Positions 27,927 to 32,000 of a DNA stretch of 32,000 nt are shown piece by piece. Position 1 is the stretch's first letter; every line of letters starts with the position of its first letter. A model generated the notes under the pieces. That model worked only from the letters and a program-made list of their open reading frames with translations. It was not told the origin of the DNA and made no database searches. The stretch is taken from contig CAVXYK010000023.1 in assembly GCA_963765875.1 (NCBI GenBank), forward strand, positions 8,802 through 40,801. The letters are read 5' to 3'. Source of the DNA: an uncultured Chloroflexia bacterium (lineage in GTDB: Bacteria; Chloroflexota; Anaerolineae; Caldilineales; Caldilineaceae). The position numbers and the translations under genes are program-made.

Positions 27927-29985
27927 ATGGAACGTACCACGAATCAGCGCCACCTACCCACTATTTGGATCGTTGGGGGGGCGCTCCTACTGCTTCTTCT
28001 GACAATCTTGAGTTGGAACAGCGTATTGGCTGCCCCTGTCAATGAGGCCCCGCTCTCAGACGGCGACGTAGAAGTCTACGGCCGCATCGATAGCTTCCCC
28101 GCGGCGCTGACCGGCGATTGGATCGTAGATGGCATCACCTATGTCGCGGATGGCAGTACTGAGTTCAAGCAGGAAGCGGGGCCGTTTGCGGCAAAGAAGT
28201 GTGTGAAGGTCGCCCATTTCCCAGGCACGTCACCCTTGACAGCCAGCGAGATCGAAACGGAAAACGACTCGGACTGTGACGGCACTGTGACCGAAACGCC
28301 GGAGAGTACTGAAACACCGGAGAACACTGAAACACCGGAGAGCACTGAAACACCAGAGAGCACTGAAACACCGGAGAGCACTGAAACACCGGAGAGCACT
28401 GAAACACCGGAGAGCACTGAAACACCGGAGAGCACTGAAACACCGGAGAGCACTGAAACACCGGAGAGCACTGAAACGCCAGCGCCCTCGGAAACGCCTA
28501 CGCCGGACGATGATGAACGCAAGGTGCGTGGCATTGTCGACCGTCTTCCCGACTCCGGCCTGACCGGCACGTGGGTCATCGACGGCGTCGAATACTTGGC
28601 AGACGGCAGCACCGAGTTCGAGCAAAACGATGGACCGTTTGTCGTTGGCGCCTGCGTCGAGGTCGAACTGCACGCGTCAGGCGACCCCGCAGTCATCGAT
28701 GAGATCGAGACCGAGCATATGGGGCACTGCCAGGGAACGCCGACATCAACGCCCGGAGCAACGGGCACCCCTGACAACGAAGAGGAAATCTACGGTCGTG
28801 TCGATAGCTTCCCAGCGGGTCTAGTCGGTAACTGGATCGTAAACGGCACAACCTACGCTGCCGATTCCAATTCTGAATTCGAACAAGAGCATGGCCCATT
28901 CGTCGCCGGCGCCTGCATCAAAATCCACGCCGACACGAGCATGTCCCCCCCGTCCATGCCGCGAAGTTGAGACAGAGCATGAATACCGTTGCGGCAGCGA
29001 CAGTACGCCTCCGACTACGCCGGAAGCGGAGATGTACGGCGCGATCCAGAGCTTTCCCGAAGGCTTGGTCGGAACCTGGAACATCGGTGGTATGACCTTT
29101 ACTGTTGATGGAGGCACCGAATTTGACCAGGAACATGTCTCATTTGGGATCGGTGTTACAGTGAAAGTACATTTCATCACCCGGGATGATGGTACCCACT
29201 ACGCACGTGAAATCGAAACGAAATTCCAGACCGACAGCGATGACGATGATGGCGACGGCGAGTTTGAGGGCGCTGAGGGTCATTCCTACGGCGTCATCAC
29301 TGCTTTGCCGGACAGTTTGATCGGCGAATGGACCGTTGGCGGCATAAAGTACACGGCAACCGCGCAGACACGGTTCGAAGAGGAGGACGGTGGGTTCGCG
29401 ACCGGCGCTCAGGCCAAGGTCGAATATGTGACGCGCAATGGTGAGCGTGTCGCACGCAAGATCGAAATGACTTCGGCCAATGGCGAAGTCTCGGATGACG
29501 AACATGCCAGGCTCTTCGGATATGTTCGGAAGATGCCTGCAAACGGTTTCGTCGGCGCATGGACCATTGATGACACTGCTTTTTCTGCAGATGCAGCAAG
29601 TCGCTATCAAGAGGATCACGGTCTGCTGGGGCTGGGCGCTTTTGTATCGGTTGAATATACGCTACAGGATGGCAAACTGCTCATTCACGAACTTGAGACC
29701 CATGTGCCCCCTGGGGCGGGAAGTGACGATGCGGTTGGCCGAATTGAGGGTAACGGCGATGGTAGCGTGGTTGCCGCTATGCAATCAGGGGCTTGGCGCA
29801 TCGGCGGTGTAGCATACCAGGTATCACCGGTAACGAATTTAGATGATGCTGCAGCGCCCTTGACAGTCGGTGCGTTGGTGACAGTCAACAGCTACGATGA
29901 CGTCAACGGCAACCGAGTCGCCACCCAGATTCGCAGCATTCGTGTCGGCGATCAACGGATATTCTTGCCTGTGGTGATTCGCTAA
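27927..29985 (+). CDS. Secreted protein with seven DUF5666-like beta-modules, a TETPES linker and an IFLPVVIR tail; one frame break in a C7 run (28945-28951)
   Basis: RBS GGAGGA and a signal peptide (..IWIVGGALLLLLLTILSWNSVLA). Seven repeats follow the pattern [FY]G.[IV].S.P..L.G.W.[IV].G..[YF].....TEF....G.F..G..[VI].[VI]......A.E[IV]E. ORFs 27927-28970 and 28891-29985 join within module 3. Confidence 0.75.
28290..28505 (+). repeat. In-frame 18-bp tandem repeat (ACTGAAACACCGGAGAGC, encoding TETPES): 10 near-identical plus 2 degenerate units
   Basis: Units are counted directly from 28290. Units 3 and 5-10 are identical. Unit 4 differs by one base and units 1-2 by a few bases. Confidence 0.9.
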
Positions 29986-30027
29986 AAGGCCGGTTTGAGA
30001 CAGAATCGAAAGAGCGCAGATGCTTTT

Positions 30028-30071
30028 CCAGTGGTGACAGAAACGATGTCCATCGTTTCTGTCACCACTGG
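30028..30071. terminator. 21-bp palindromic hairpin between convergent genes (likely bidirectional terminator)
   Basis: CCAGTGGTGACAGAAACGATG (30028-30048), tc, then CATCGTTTCTGTCACCACTGG (30051-30071). It lies 43 nt after the stop at 29985 and upstream of the stop at 30204. Confidence 0.55.
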
Positions 30072-30203
30072 CGCTTACCACTAATCATGCGAGCTCGGCC
30101 AAGGATGGTGAATGACCTCAACAGTACGCCCGGCAGACAAGTTTGTCCGTTGGAACACCAGGCCCACATTGACGACAGATCCTCGTTGCAGTTGAAGCAA
30201 TAT

Positions 30204-31421
30204 CTACAATTTTCGCTGAGCCTGTTCAAGCAAGGTGGTGATGGGTATCCGTGTGTTGATGGTCTGTAGCACCAACTCATCAATGACGGCAGCGATGTCC
30301 GCCCAGTTTGCCAGACGCGGCAGCTCGCGTGCATGCTCGTGCAGTGAGGCCATGCGATGGTAAAAGGGAATCTCCGCGTTGACCTCAGCGTCGGTCCAGG
30401 TAGATTTTCGGCAACCGATGCCGCCTTCCAGGGTGAGCAGCTTGTCCATCTCTGGCGAGGCACAGTGGCGCAGAAAGCGATAGGCTAGGTCGACGTTGGG
30501 ACTGTTGGCGTTGATGGCCAGGATCCAGTAGGCATTCAGCGAGACCGGTTCACCGTTGATGCCATGTGGAATATTGGCGATGGCGACCTTTCCCTTGACG
30601 CGCGATTCCGAAATCGTCTCGGCCATGCCTGCGAAGCCAAACCAGTTGATCATCATGGCCACCTCGCCGCCGGCAAATGCCATGCCCGACTTCACCGAAT
30701 CAAACTCGCGTGAGTCAGGATGAATGGCTGAACGATCGTTGAGAATCGTGCGATAGTAAGTGAGACCGGCTTCGGCTTCGGCTGTTTGCAGATTCCACTT
30801 GCCTTGCTTGTCAAAGAGATCCCCGCCACGCGTCCACAGTTGCAGGCAGAAATCATAGACCGTGTTGTGACCGTCGGGATAGGCAGCGAAGACAGTGCCG
30901 TAGAGCCCCTCTTCCGGCCGCTGGAAGAACCGCGCAACCTGCTGAAATTCGTCCCAGGTCTCGGGCACGCGCAGCGGCTGACCGGCCTCCGAAAGGTATC
31001 GCGCCTGCTCTTCCGAATTCTCGAAGAGATCTGCGCGGTAGATCAGGCACTCGGGTCCGTCATGGTAGGGCAGGCCAAGCACGGCGTCATCGAATTGGTG
31101 CATCTGCAGGAGCGACGTCGTCCATCCGTCGGGGTAGTTTTCTGGTGGTTCGCTCTGGAAAAAAGAGCCCACATCGGCGATAGCGCCTGACTCATGGGCC
31201 TGGGCAAACCAGTCTGAGGAGAGATAGGCCACGTCCCAATTGGATGGCTCCTCAGCCTCAAAGATGGCGCTGTGCAGCGGGTGTAGGTCGAACGGTTCTG
31301 CATCCAGCTCAAGCGTTGTCCCCTCGTTGTTTGCAAACAGTCGCCATTGCTCGGCGATGGCACTTTCAAATGGCCCGAATTTGCGAACCAAAATCCGGAA
31401 CGTGTCGCGTTTCTGTCCCAT
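30204..31421 (-). CDS. Family-1 solute-binding-protein-like protein (sugar ABC SBP fold) with no recognisable signal peptide
   Basis: ..PETWDEFQQVARFF..GLYGTVFAAYPDGHNTVYDFCLQLWTRGGDLFD.. is typical of sugar SBPs. The ATG at 31421 has AGGAGAG 5 nt upstream. The N-terminus MGQKRDTFRILVRKFGPFES is not hydrophobic. Confidence 0.7.
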   Translation of the reverse strand: MGQKRDTFRILVRKFGPFESAIAEQWRLFANNEGTTLELDAEPFDLHPLHSAIFEAEEPSNWDVAYLSSDWFAQAHESGAIADVGSFFQSEPPENYPDGWTTSLLQMHQFDDAVLGLPYHDGPECLIYRADLFENSEEQARYLSEAGQPLRVPETWDEFQQVARFFQRPEEGLYGTVFAAYPDGHNTVYDFCLQLWTRGGDLFDKQGKWNLQTAEAEAGLTYYRTILNDRSAIHPDSREFDSVKSGMAFAGGEVAMMINWFGFAGMAETISESRVKGKVAIANIPHGINGEPVSLNAYWILAINANSPNVDLAYRFLRHCASPEMDKLLTLEGGIGCRKSTWTDAEVNAEIPFYHRMASLHEHARELPRLANWADIAAVIDELVLQTINTRIPITTLLEQAQRKL

Positions 31422-31473
31422 TTTTCTCTCCTGCTCTACAAAGGCCAAAGGCTTGGTCGCCCCAAATCGTCCA

Positions 31474-32000
31474 TCACGCTGTGGTATCGTCCAAAATAGA
31501 CGTCGAACCTATGTGGCTGGAACGGCAGACGGCGTCGACCAGCGCCATGGTGCGATAGGCGTCGTCCACATCTGTGATGCCGTCAACGGTCTGTCCATCC
31601 ATGCGCTGCATGAGGCTTGCCATGGTGCCGATAAAGGCGTCGGGGAACCAGCTGCCGTCGATGGTGACTGTGTTCCATTCGGCATTGCCCTCATCATCCA
31701 GCCGACAATACTCAAACTCGTCGGGCACGCCGGTCGGATAGTTCATCAGCAGGCCCATCTTGGTCTTGATGGCGCCCTTTGTCCCTTCCCACATGATGTA
31801 GCTCTCCTGGTTGTCGAGTCCGTAGGCATGGAAGTGGTTGGTGCTGATATTCACCCGCACCATGTTGCCATAGTCCAGGATCATGCTGCTGCGTGTGCCG
31901 TCCATCTTCGGTGCGCTAGGATGGTTGACGATCTTGGCGTAGACGCCCTGCGGTTCGCCCAGGAACGAGCGGACGAGGTCAAGGTAGTGAATGCTGTGAT
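31474..32000 (-). CDS. Gfo/Idh/MocA-family oxidoreductase, C-terminal part (5' end lies beyond the window)
   Basis: The frame is open to the window edge: HSIHYLDLVRSFLGEPQGVYAKIVNHPSAPKMDGTRSSMILDYGN... This matches the C-terminal alpha/beta domain pattern of the family. Confidence 0.65.
   Translation of the reverse strand, partial: HSIHYLDLVRSFLGEPQGVYAKIVNHPSAPKMDGTRSSMILDYGNMVRVNISTNHFHAYGLDNQESYIMWEGTKGAIKTKMGLLMNYPTGVPDEFEYCRLDDEGNAEWNTVTIDGSWFPDAFIGTMASLMQRMDGQTVDGITDVDDAYRTMALVDAVCRSSHIGSTSILDDTTA

Noticed and set aside
28290-28505. Regular 18-bp repeats as a possible CRISPR array
   Set aside because: The units are contiguous with no spacers, lie in frame and encode the TETPES linker of a secreted protein.
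1-32000. Mobile element or genomic-island borders for the copper block
   Set aside because: No integrase, transposase, tRNA target or flanking direct repeats were seen. The accessory character is inferred from gene content only.

Overview
GC-rich bacterial chromosomal window. The protein styles look Chloroflexota-like, but that is inference only. All calls come from reading motifs in the ORF track and the DNA; no searches were run.

Four blocks:
(1) 1-12.7 kb: a copper-homeostasis island. It holds a secreted Met/His-rich protein, a DUF411 lipoprotein, a CopB-type ATPase (His-rich N-terminus, CPH motif), an L,D-transpeptidase, a DUF1624 acyltransferase, a degenerate HMA protein, a csoR-copZ-copA operon with a candidate CsoR operator, an SRPBCC protein and a Tat-exported multicopper oxidase.
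(2) 12.8-21.3 kb: envelope thiol-redox and lipoprotein genes (DsbA-like, Lgt, TlpA-like), followed by two two-component systems. One is a histidine kinase with an NtrC-like regulator whose AAA+ domain is degenerate. The other is a lipoprotein + OmpR-family regulator + kinase whose sensor loop is Met-rich.
(3) 21.6-30.0 kb: the most unusual block. It encodes an ECF sigma factor, a soluble anti-sigma-like protein, a ~980-aa TPR-CHAT caspase-like protease, a secreted S8 subtilase and a secreted protein built from seven DUF5666-like modules. The last two share a module and an identical-style extreme C-terminal tail.
(4) 30.2-32.0 kb: an SBP-like protein and a partial Gfo/Idh/MocA oxidoreductase.

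I saw no rRNA, tRNA, CRISPR array, transposase or integrase.

Caveat: at least about 30 reading-frame breaks interrupt most long genes on both strands, several at visible homopolymers. These are most likely indel errors rather than real pseudogenes. I report whole-gene spans and label genes with two or more breaks as pseudogene 'as assembled'.
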